Assembly (NCBI GenBank): GCA_947585065.1
Contig: CANPWX010000003.1
Location: 1 to 35,287, forward strand
Origin: an uncultured Bacilli bacterium
GTDB taxonomy: Bacteria; Bacillota_I; Bacilli_A; RF39; UBA660
Direction: 5' to 3'
Length of the DNA stretch: 35,287 nt
Shown one piece after another: positions 9,254-18,700 of this stretch. The first letter of the stretch is position 1, and every line of letters begins with the position of its first letter. Both the position numbers and the translations under genes were made by a program. The notes below the pieces were generated by a model. That model ran no database searches, was not told where the DNA came from, and saw only the letters and a list, made by a program, of their open reading frames with translations.

Positions 9254-11017
9254 ATGATAATGAAGGGGCAAAAAATTAGTGACCGTTACCAAATTATTAA
9301 ATCAATTGGGGAAGGCGGTATGGCAAATGTATATCTAGCATATGATACAATACTAGATCGTAATGTAGCAGTAAAAGTATTAAGAGGGGATCTTGCAAAC
9401 GACGAAAAATTTGTAAGACGTTTTCAAAGAGAAGCTCTTTCGGCGAGTAGTTTGACTCATCCGAATATAGTTGAAGTATATGATGTTGGTGAAGACAATG
9501 GACAATATTATATTGTAATGGAATATGTTGAAGGAAAACATTTAAAAAATTTAATAAAAAAACGAGGAAAATTAACTGTAAGTGAAGTCATAGACATTAT
9601 GTTGCAAATCACAGACGGAATGAGTGTTGCCCATGATTCTTATATTATCCACCGTGATATTAAACCTCAAAATATTATGATATTAGAAAATGGACTTGTT
9701 AAAATCATGGACTTTGGTATCGCCATGGCGATGAATTCAACCCAACTAACCCAAACAAACTCAGTTATGGGAAGCGTTCATTATTTGCCACCAGAACAAG
9801 CAAATGGTAAAGGATCGACACTTCAAAGTGATATCTATTCGATGGGAATAGTAATGTATGAATTACTAACAGGCTCTCTCCCTTATAAAGGAGACAATGC
9901 CGTAGAAATTGCATTAAAACATTTAAAAGAACCATTACCAAGTATTAGAGATATAGTCCCAAATATCCCTCAAAGTATCGAAAATATAATTATTAAAGCA
10001 ACAGCTAAAAATCCTAAAAATAGATATGCTGATGCAAGAGAAATGCACACAGATTTATTAACCTGTTTAGATGAAGAACGAGCAAATGAACCAAAAATAG
10101 TCTTACCATATCCAGAAGTTTTAGAAGATAGCAAATTAAAAACTGTAAAAAAACCAGAAGAGGGAAAACAAGCATCTAAAGAAAAGAAAGAAGAAAAAGA
10201 GAAAGAGGAAGTATTTGCTAAGCAAATTACAAAAAACGATATGAAAAAATCAAATAGTATAATGAATAAAATATTAATTGCATTAGCCTTTGTCTTTACT
10301 TTATTAGTAATTGGTATCACGACTGTAGTAGTATTGCTTCCAATTATTACAAGCCGAAAAGTATTAACTATTCCAGATGTCACTGGCTATTCCGTAGAAG
10401 ATGCCTTACAAACATTGCAAGACGCAGGTTTTATGGTAGCAACAAATCAAGAACATATTGCCTCAGAAGACATTGCATATGGTAAAGTGGTAAAAACCTC
10501 CCCTTTAGCAAACACAAAAAGAACAAGTGGTACAGAAGTAACACTTTGGATTAGTGAAGGAGATACCAAAATAACATTAGAAAACTATGTAGGATTCAAT
10601 GTATTAGAAGTTCAAGGAAGACTAGATGCTCAAGGAATTAATGTCATCATCGAAAAAAGAGATGTCACCGATAAAAAAGAAGAAAATATCATTTTAGAGC
10701 AAAATCCAGCACCAGGCCAAAAAGTATCAAAAGGAGACTATGTGACTTTATACATTCCAAATGTGGACAAATATCCAAATTTTGCAAACGGAAGCTATAC
10801 CTATGAAGATGTAGTAGAATATTTAAAAAAATACAATATAGTAATTAATAAAATAGAAGCAGAAAGCGATAAAACGCCAGGAATTGTTATTGGCCAAAGT
10901 AGAGAAGAAGGATCACCAATTGTAGGTGGTACATCAATTACCATCACTGTAGCCAAAGCAAAAACATCTAACAAAGAGGAAAATTCTGGAGGATGTGAAG
11001 AATCAGGATTATGTTAG
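9254..11017 (+). CDS. prkC: PASTA-domain Ser/Thr kinase (PrkC/PknB/Stk1)
   Basis: GEGGMANVY, VAVK, HRDIKPQN, DFG, one TM helix, about three PASTA repeats. Confidence 0.97.
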   Translation: MIMKGQKISDRYQIIKSIGEGGMANVYLAYDTILDRNVAVKVLRGDLANDEKFVRRFQREALSASSLTHPNIVEVYDVGEDNGQYYIVMEYVEGKHLKNLIKKRGKLTVSEVIDIMLQITDGMSVAHDSYIIHRDIKPQNIMILENGLVKIMDFGIAMAMNSTQLTQTNSVMGSVHYLPPEQANGKGSTLQSDIYSMGIVMYELLTGSLPYKGDNAVEIALKHLKEPLPSIRDIVPNIPQSIENIIIKATAKNPKNRYADAREMHTDLLTCLDEERANEPKIVLPYPEVLEDSKLKTVKKPEEGKQASKEKKEEKEKEEVFAKQITKNDMKKSNSIMNKILIALAFVFTLLVIGITTVVVLLPIITSRKVLTIPDVTGYSVEDALQTLQDAGFMVATNQEHIASEDIAYGKVVKTSPLANTKRTSGTEVTLWISEGDTKITLENYVGFNVLEVQGRLDAQGINVIIEKRDVTDKKEENIILEQNPAPGQKVSKGDYVTLYIPNVDKYPNFANGSYTYEDVVEYLKKYNIVINKIEAESDKTPGIVIGQSREEGSPIVGGTSITITVAKAKTSNKEENSGGCEESGLC

Positions 11018-11847
11018 AAGGAAAAATAATAAAAAATATTAGTAATTGTTACACCGTAATTTGTAAGGAAAAAACCTACAATTGTATTCCAAAGGGAGCA
11101 TTTCGAAACCAAAAAGAAACTCCACTCGTCGGAGATTATGTAAAATTTGATGAAAAAAATAATAGAATAATCGAAATACTTCCTCGAAAAAATGAATTAA
11201 CAAGACCTAAAGTAGCAAATATTGACATTGCATTAATTGTCACTTCTTTAGTAGAGCCAAAATTGAATACCCTTTTATTAGATAAAGAAATCAGTTTAAT
11301 TACCTTATCGAATATAAAACCAGTTCTATGCTTTACAAAGTTAGATTTAGGAAACAAAGAAGAAATAGACAACTTTAAAACAATTAAAAAATATTATACA
11401 AAAATTGGACTCCCTGTATTTCAAAATACAGAATTAAAAGAATTATTAAAATATTTAAAAAATTCAGTGGTTGTATTAACTGGGCAAAGTGGTGCAGGGA
11501 AAAGTACATTATTAAACAAAATAAATCCTGAACTAAATTTAAAAACAGATGAGATTTCAAATGCCTTAAACCGTGGAAAACATACAACAAGACATACAGA
11601 AATTTATGAAGTGAATGATGTTTTCTTTTGCGATACTCCAGGATTTTCAAGCCTAGATTTGGATAACTATTCATTAGAAGAATTAAAAGCAAGTTTTGTT
11701 GAATTTGCCGATTTTCCATGTAAGTATCGAGATTGTATGCATCTAAAAGAAACAAATTGTGGAGTAAAAAAAGCAAAAGAAGAGGGTAAAATTCTAAATT
11801 CCCGTTATGAATCTTATCAAAAAATGATATTGGAGAGAAGAAAATGA
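11011..11847 (+). CDS. rsgA: Ribosome small subunit-dependent GTPase A
   Basis: Circularly permuted GTPase motifs TKLD, GQSGAGKS, RGKHTTR, DTPG; Zn site CKYRDCMH...C. Confidence 0.96.
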   Translation: MLEGKIIKNISNCYTVICKEKTYNCIPKGAFRNQKETPLVGDYVKFDEKNNRIIEILPRKNELTRPKVANIDIALIVTSLVEPKLNTLLLDKEISLITLSNIKPVLCFTKLDLGNKEEIDNFKTIKKYYTKIGLPVFQNTELKELLKYLKNSVVVLTGQSGAGKSTLLNKINPELNLKTDEISNALNRGKHTTRHTEIYEVNDVFFCDTPGFSSLDLDNYSLEELKASFVEFADFPCKYRDCMHLKETNCGVKKAKEEGKILNSRYESYQKMILERRK

Positions 11848-12461
11848 AAATAGCCGTTTCTTATTTAAAAAGTATTTATGATAAAAAAACAACGATAGAA
11901 AAAATTAATCAATCAAACGCCGATTATTTGCATGTTGATTTAATAGATGGAATTTTTTGTGGCGAGAAAAACTATGATATAGTAAAAATAATAGAAGACT
12001 TAAAAACAAATAAACTTCCCTTAGATATTCATTTAATGATAAAAAATCCCGAAGAAGAAATCGAAAAATTGGCCCTTTTAAAACCAGATACCATTACGAT
12101 TCCAGTAGAAATACTTAAGGGAAAAAACTATATAAACAAAATAAAAGAAAAACAAATAAAAGTAGGATTATCAATAAATCCAGAAACTTCTTTAAAAGAA
12201 TTAAAACCATATGAAGATATAGTAGACTCCATTTTGATAATGAGTGTCCATCCAGGTAAAGGAGGCCAAGAGTTTTTAAAAGAAGTGCTTCCTAAAATAA
12301 TAGAAGCAAGAACTCAAAATCCAAAAATAAAAATTTCAGTAGATGGTGGCATCAATGATGAGACAGTAAAATGGGTGAGGCCTTATGTAAATCAAGTCGT
12401 TAGTGGATCCTTTGTATGTCAAAAAGAAAACTTTAATGAACAAATTGAAAAATTAAAATAA
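11844..12461 (+). CDS. rpe: Ribulose-phosphate 3-epimerase
   Basis: LHVD, DIHLM, MSVHPGKGGQ, VDGGI, GS motifs; follows rsgA as in Bacilli. Confidence 0.93.
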   Translation: MKIAVSYLKSIYDKKTTIEKINQSNADYLHVDLIDGIFCGEKNYDIVKIIEDLKTNKLPLDIHLMIKNPEEEIEKLALLKPDTITIPVEILKGKNYINKIKEKQIKVGLSINPETSLKELKPYEDIVDSILIMSVHPGKGGQEFLKEVLPKIIEARTQNPKIKISVDGGINDETVKWVRPYVNQVVSGSFVCQKENFNEQIEKLK

Positions 12462-12488
12462 AAAAAGTTAGTTTATGCTAACTTTTTT
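12461..12488. terminator. Bidirectional intrinsic terminator-like hairpin between convergent rpe and rpmB
   Basis: AAAAAAGTTAG-tttatg-CTAACTTTTTT perfect inverted repeat with A/T tails. Confidence 0.75.
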
Positions 12489-12631
12489 GCTTCTCTTGCA
12501 CTAATTAAAACTTTTTCTCCATTAATTGTTTTCTTTTGTAAATTAGGTTTTTGAACTCTTTTCGTTGCATTTAATGCTTTACTGCGAGAATTTACAGTTA
12601 AAGGTTTTTTTGTTGATACTTTTTTAGCCAT
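12473..12631 (-). CDS. rpmB: 50S ribosomal protein L28 (52 aa; not in ORF track)
   Basis: Manual translation MAKKVSTKKPLTVNSRSKALNATKRVQKPNLQKKTINGEKVLISAREAKKLA; N.RS.A.N.TKR...PNLQ signature; GGAGGTG RBS; conserved position opposite rpe. Confidence 0.93.
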   Translation of the reverse strand: MAKKVSTKKPLTVNSRSKALNATKRVQKPNLQKKTINGEKVLISAREAKKLA

Positions 12632-12663
12632 AAATATTCACCTCCGTGTTTCTTTCTTTAAAA

Positions 12664-12692
12664 ATTTTAACAAAATTATTGTAAGAAGTCAA
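12664..12692 (-). promoter_or_regulatory. sigmaA promoter of rpmB
   Basis: Minus strand TTGACT-17nt-TAAAAT with TG extension. Confidence 0.75.
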
Positions 12693-12754
12693 TTACAAAC
12701 AAAAAAATTAAAACAAATCGGATCAAATAAAGAAAAAAGATAGAACATTTTTCC

Positions 12755-12783
12755 TAGTAAAATTTTCCCACTCATGCTATAAT
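12755..12783 (+). promoter_or_regulatory. Putative sigmaA promoter of dnaE-polC
   Basis: TAGTAA-17nt-TATAAT with extended -10 (TGcTATAAT), divergent from the rpmB promoter. Confidence 0.6.
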
Positions 12784-12808
12784 AAATACACAAGGTGGGT
12801 GATAAAAA

Positions 12809-15718
12809 ATGTTTGTACCTTTAAGAGTGAAAACAGATTATTCGATGCTCCAAAGCCTCATTGTCATCCCCAAATTACTATTATTTCTTCAAAAATATAA
12901 AATTCCTGTATGTGGTATATGTGATACAAATCTTTTTGGCGTGATGGAATTTTATGATACATTAACATCTAATCAAATAAAACCCTTAATAGGTTTAGAA
13001 ATTAATATAGAAAATCCTGTTCTGTTATATGCTAGAGATTATGAAGGATACTTAGGATTATTAAAAATAGAAACATATATCGAAAAAAATGAATTAACGA
13101 AAGAACAGATCATTCCTTATCAAGAACACTTAAACATCGTCATTCCTTTTTTAAATAAAAATGAGTTAGAAAGTTGGAATAAATTTTCTCACGTCTATAT
13201 AGGAGTATCAACCGAATACGAAAAAAATAATGCAAACCTTATCACACCTCATACAGTATATATGCCTGAAATAAGAGCCTTTTTTAAAAAAGAAACAACT
13301 TCCTTAAAAATGTTAAAAGCGATTGATTTAGGTAACCCCTATAAATCCATTCAAGAAGAAAATTTAGAAAAGAAAACAATGGAGTACTATTTTAATGAAA
13401 ACTTATGGGATGAAAGTACCAAAGACTTCTGCGAATCCTGTAATGTAATAATGAAAAAAGAAGGAAACTATATTCCAAAATATTGTGAAGACTCAGCTAC
13501 TTTTCTTTTCAATTTAGCCCAAAAAGGATTAGCGAAACGGCTAAATAATAAGATTTCTAAAATTTACGACGAACGATTAAAATACGAATTATCAGTTATT
13601 CAGGAAATGGGCTTTTCCAATTATTTTTTAATTGTTTATGATTATGTCAAATTTGCCAAAAAAAATGGAATATTAGTAGGTGCAGGCCGTGGTAGTGCAG
13701 TAGGCTCACTAGTAAGTTATTGCCTTGGCATCACCGATGTAGATCCAATAGAATATCACTTATTTTTTGAACGTTTTCTAAATCCTGAAAGAGTAACAAT
13801 GCCAGATATTGATATCGATTTTGAAGAAGATCGAAGAAACGAAGTAGTAAATTACGTGAAACAAAAATATGGAATTCAAAATGTTGGAAGTATTATGACG
13901 TTTGGAACATTAAAAAGTAAACTCGTCTTGCGATGTGTAGGAAAAGCTTTAGAAATGGATCAAAAAGGAATGGAATCCTTTTTAAATAAAATAGATGCAA
14001 AATTAACACTGCAAGAAAATTTACAAAATAAAGAAGTAGCATACTATGTATCTTCTCATCCATGGATCAAAGAAATGTATGAAGCTTCATTACCAATTGA
14101 AGGATTAAAAAAACATATTTCTACTCATGCCGCAGGCGTTGTAATCAGTTCAGTTCCTCTTGATACAGTAATACCAATTCATTATAATGGAGAAGAATTA
14201 GTCACCGGAGTGACAATGAACTATTTAGAAGAACTAGGACTATTAAAAATGGATTTTTTAGCTCTTCGTAATCTAACCATTATGAAACGTGTATTAGAAT
14301 TAATAAAAGAAAATACAAACAAAACCCTAGATATTCATAAACTAAATTTAAATGATGAGAAAGTTTTAAAATTATTTCAAACTGCAGATACAATGGGAAT
14401 CTTTCAATTTGAAAGTGAAGGAATGAAAAATTTTTTACGAAAATTAAAACCAACAAAATTCTTAGATCTAGTCTCAGCAATTGCCTTATTTCGACCAGGG
14501 CCTATGGAGAATATAGATACATATATAAGACGAAAAGAAGGAAAAGAAAAAATAAACTATTTGCATGATGACTTAAAACCAATTTTAGAAGAGACCTATG
14601 GAATTATTATTTACCAAGAACAAATTATGCAAATTTTATCATTAATTGGAGGATTTTCATTTGCAGAATCTGATTTGATTCGAAGAGCAATGTCCAAAAA
14701 GAAAAAAGACTTAATTGAATCAAGTAAAGAAAAATTTATTCAGGGAGCAATGAAAAAAGGGTATTCTGTTTTTCTAGCAGAAGAAATATTTGCATTAATT
14801 TTAAAATTTGCAAACTATGGATTTAACAAATCCCATTCCGTTTCTTATGCCTTAATTGGTTATCAAATGGCCTATTTAAAATGTTATTATCCAATCTTTT
14901 TTCTAGCAAATATTCTCAATATGAACGTTTATACAGCTGAGAAAACAAAAGAATATTTGGCACTCGCAAGAAAATCCCATATTGCCATATTACCAGTAGA
15001 TATCAATTTAAGTGAAGGATTCTATAAAATGGAAAACAACTCTTTACGTATCCCATTTTCTTTAATAAAAAATTTAGGAGAAGAAGGAGTAAAAACAATA
15101 GTAAATCAAAGAAAAGAAAAAAAATTTACGGATTTCTTTGATTTTGTCGCCAGAACCTATGGAAAAAGTATTACCAAAGCAAAAATAGAGTCTCTAATTG
15201 AATCTGGCGCCTTCGAGCAATTTACCACTAACCAAAATTCTCTTTTAGCAAGTTTAGATACTGCGATCAATTATGCAACATTGACAAGTGATTTAGATGA
15301 AGATTATATTTTAAAACCATCTTTAAAAGAAGTAGAAGAAGAAAGCCCAGAAGAAAAAAGAAAAAGAGAATGGAACAATTTAGGCTTCTATTTAAGTAAT
15401 CATCCCGCCTCAAAATACACGAGCCCAAATATAATGAAACTAGAATTTTTACCATTGAATTATGATAAACAAATAAATTCAGTAGTATTAATCGAAAAAA
15501 TAAAAACAATTACAACCAAAAAAGGAGAAGAGATGGCTTTTTTAACAGGAAGTGATGAAACAGCAACTGGCAATTTTGTAGTCTTTGCAAGTATGATGAA
15601 AGAAATGCAATCAATAAATATAGGAGATGTCGTTCATATACAAGGACGAGTCGCGAGAAGATTAGATGAATATCAAATAAATGTAAATAAAATAGAAAAA
15701 TTAACAGAAGGAGAGTAG
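12809..15718 (+). CDS. dnaE: DNA polymerase III alpha subunit, short DnaE (DnaE3-like, degenerate PHP)
   Basis: GRGSAVGS, FERFLNPER, PDIDID, STHAAGVV, KMDFL, YGFNKSHS; ends after an OB-fold-like region. Confidence 0.97.
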   Translation: MFVPLRVKTDYSMLQSLIVIPKLLLFLQKYKIPVCGICDTNLFGVMEFYDTLTSNQIKPLIGLEINIENPVLLYARDYEGYLGLLKIETYIEKNELTKEQIIPYQEHLNIVIPFLNKNELESWNKFSHVYIGVSTEYEKNNANLITPHTVYMPEIRAFFKKETTSLKMLKAIDLGNPYKSIQEENLEKKTMEYYFNENLWDESTKDFCESCNVIMKKEGNYIPKYCEDSATFLFNLAQKGLAKRLNNKISKIYDERLKYELSVIQEMGFSNYFLIVYDYVKFAKKNGILVGAGRGSAVGSLVSYCLGITDVDPIEYHLFFERFLNPERVTMPDIDIDFEEDRRNEVVNYVKQKYGIQNVGSIMTFGTLKSKLVLRCVGKALEMDQKGMESFLNKIDAKLTLQENLQNKEVAYYVSSHPWIKEMYEASLPIEGLKKHISTHAAGVVISSVPLDTVIPIHYNGEELVTGVTMNYLEELGLLKMDFLALRNLTIMKRVLELIKENTNKTLDIHKLNLNDEKVLKLFQTADTMGIFQFESEGMKNFLRKLKPTKFLDLVSAIALFRPGPMENIDTYIRRKEGKEKINYLHDDLKPILEETYGIIIYQEQIMQILSLIGGFSFAESDLIRRAMSKKKKDLIESSKEKFIQGAMKKGYSVFLAEEIFALILKFANYGFNKSHSVSYALIGYQMAYLKCYYPIFFLANILNMNVYTAEKTKEYLALARKSHIAILPVDINLSEGFYKMENNSLRIPFSLIKNLGEEGVKTIVNQRKEKKFTDFFDFVARTYGKSITKAKIESLIESGAFEQFTTNQNSLLASLDTAINYATLTSDLDEDYILKPSLKEVEEESPEEKRKREWNNLGFYLSNHPASKYTSPNIMKLEFLPLNYDKQINSVVLIEKIKTITTKKGEEMAFLTGSDETATGNFVVFASMMKEMQSINIGDVVHIQGRVARRLDEYQINVNKIEKLTEGE

Positions 15719-15722
15719 TAGT

Positions 15723-18700
15723 ATGAAAGAGGAAGTGAAACGTTTTTTAAATAGTATTTTCTATGAAGGCGAAGAGAAAGAATTGGATACGTTAGATATA
15801 GAAAAAGTAATTTTGCATAAAAAAGAACAAAATTATGAAGTAATCATGCATGCCGAGAATGTATTGCCTTATGAAATTGCTTGCAAACTAAAACTGGCAG
15901 CTCTCAATAAAATACATGGAACAGAAAAATGTAGTATTACTTTAAAATACGATACAATATCAAAAGAATCCGTTTTAGAATACCTACAAAATATATTACA
16001 AATATTTAAAACGAAACGTCCTTCTTTAGGAAGTGTTTTTGAAGGAAATTATATCGTAGAAGACAATAAAATTATCTTTGAAGTAGGAAATAAAACAGAA
16101 GAAGAAGAAATGGAAATAGAAGGAAAAAATATTTCTCAAGAACTAAAAATGTTTGGATTAGATTCTTATACTTGTGAAACAAAAATGAATGAAGAAAAAA
16201 GAAAAAGCATTCAAGAAGAAATAGAAGCAAGTAAAAAAGAAACAAAAGTCACAATTTCCGAACCGAAACTAGAAGGAAACATCATTACAGGAAAAGAAAT
16301 TACTGGAGAAGTAACATCAATTAATAATATTATGGGAGATGCAAAGAATGTTATTTTTGAAGCCTATGTATTTGGTATTGAAACACTAGAACGTGATAAC
16401 ATTAATATTATTACTTTAAAAATTAGTGATAAAACAAATTCTATATTAGCCAAAATATTTAAAAAAGATAAAAAAGAATATCAAACAGTAGTAAATGAAA
16501 TCAAGGAAAATGCCTGGTATAAATTTCAAGGAAATGTCGAATATGATAATTTTGCTAAAGACCTTGTATTAGCCATCCGTAATATGGAAAAAATAGATTC
16601 TAAAGATGGTGTTGAAATAGATGATGCTGAAGTAAAAAGAGTAGAACTTCATGCTCATACCATGATGAGTGCCATGGACTCCGTTGTTCCTTATGAAGAA
16701 AAAGATCCTCGTAATATTGTAAAATATGCAATAAAAATGGGACATAAAGCAGTCGCAGTAACAGATCACAACTGCGTTCAAGCCTACCCAGAATTATTTC
16801 ATACAGTAAATGCGTTCAATAAAGGCAAAGAGAAAAGTGATCATTTCAAAGTTTTATATGGAGCCGAAATGAATGTAGTAAATGATGATATTGATATCAT
16901 ATTTAACTGCAAAGAATATAATTTATTAGAAGATACCTTTGTCGTATTCGATACAGAAACCACAGGCTTTTATGCTGGATCCGATCAAATGATTGAAATC
17001 GGTGCCGTAAAAATTCGAAATGGTGTCATTTTAGATCGCTTCGATGAACTAATCGATCCTCATCGTCCAATTCCTAAAAAAATAACAGAACTGACTTTCA
17101 TTACAGATGAAATGGTTGCAGGAAAAGATACAGAAGAAAATGTAACCAAACGTTTCTTAGAATGGGCTGGAGAAAATCCAATGGTAGCCCATAATGCCAA
17201 ATTCGATATTTCCTTTATTAGTTCTGCATGCAATAAATATGGATTTCCAGAATTCCATTCGACAGTTTTAGATACAATGAGCATCGCACGGATGCTTCAT
17301 CCAGAATGGCCGAATCATAAACTTCAAACACTGACCAAAAGATTAGATATTCCATGGGATGAAGAAAAACACCACCGTGCCGACTATGATGCCGAAGGAA
17401 CTGCTTTAGCATTTCATAAAATGGCGAAAGTATTAAATGATCGTAACATTGGAACAACAACTCAATTAATAGAAGATATTGATAGAGATTCATTGATTCG
17501 ATTTGCCTATCCATTCCATGCAACCATTCTAGTTCAAAATAAAATAGGATTAAAAAATTTGTTTAAAATTATCTCAATAGCTAACACGAAATACTTATAT
17601 AAAAATGAACAACCCAAAATTCCTCGAAAAGATTTAATAGCATTAAGAGAAGGACTTCTCATAGGATCCGGCTGTATAAATGGCGAAATTTTTGACAAAG
17701 CTTCTGCAAAAGAAGATGAAGAGCTAGTGAATATGATGAGTTTTTATGACTATATTGAAATTCAACCTCTCTCGGCATTCACTCATTTAATTGGAACAGA
17801 TGGCAAATTTCCAAGTGTGATAGAAGCAGAAGAATACATAAAAAGAATTGTACGAGTTGCAAAAGAAGCAGGAAAACCAGTGGTAGCAACGGGAGATGTT
17901 CATAATCTTGCGAAAGAAGATAAAATATATCGAGAAATTATTGTAAATCAAAAATTCAATGGAAAACTCCATCCATTAAATCGAAAAGGATTAGAAATTC
18001 CTAATATGTATTTTAAAACAACGAAAGAAATGTTAGAAGACTTTGCATTTCTAGGAGAAGAACTTGCTTATGAAATTGTAGTAGAAAACACAAATAAAAT
18101 TGCAGATAGTATCGAAGAAGTAGAAGTAATACCGGATACTCATGGTATTCCATTTGCTCCAGTAATTGAAAATTCTCAAATGACAGTTACAAATATGGTA
18201 TATGATAAAGCTCGTGAGTGGTATGGAGATCCGCTTCCTTATCATATTGAAGAGAGAATAGCTTTAGAACTTTACGGAGCTCCTTTCATTGATGCCGTAA
18301 AACAAAATGCTGAAAGCCAAGATGACAGTGTCATTTATCAAAGACTTCATGATGTAGTACGAAAAGGCCCAGAAGCAGTTCAACAAGAGATAGCGACTAG
18401 CCTCAAAAAAGAGCATCCAGAAGAAGAACCAGAAAAACTTTTAGAGGAAGCCAAAGGCAAAATGACTGCAATTATCGGAGCCAACTTCGATGTAATCTAC
18501 CTAATTGCTCAAAAATTAGTCAAACACTCAAACGATGAAGGATTTTTAGTAGGAAGCCGTGGTTCTGTAGGTTCTTCCTTTGTAGCCAATTTAATGGGAA
18601 TTACAGAAGTAAATTCTCTTGCACCACATTATCGTTGCCCAAATTGTAAAAATAGTGAATTTGAAGATGAAACTGGAGAACCATTAGGCAATACATATAA

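Noticed and set aside
12742-12755. LexA (Cheo) box-like AGAACATTTTTCCT upstream of dnaE
   Set aside because: The left half GAAC is good, but the right half reads TTCC rather than GTTC at the N4 spacing. No matching box was seen before ruvA.
18273-18464. Mini-intein in PolC
   Set aside because: Too short and lacks intein terminal residues.
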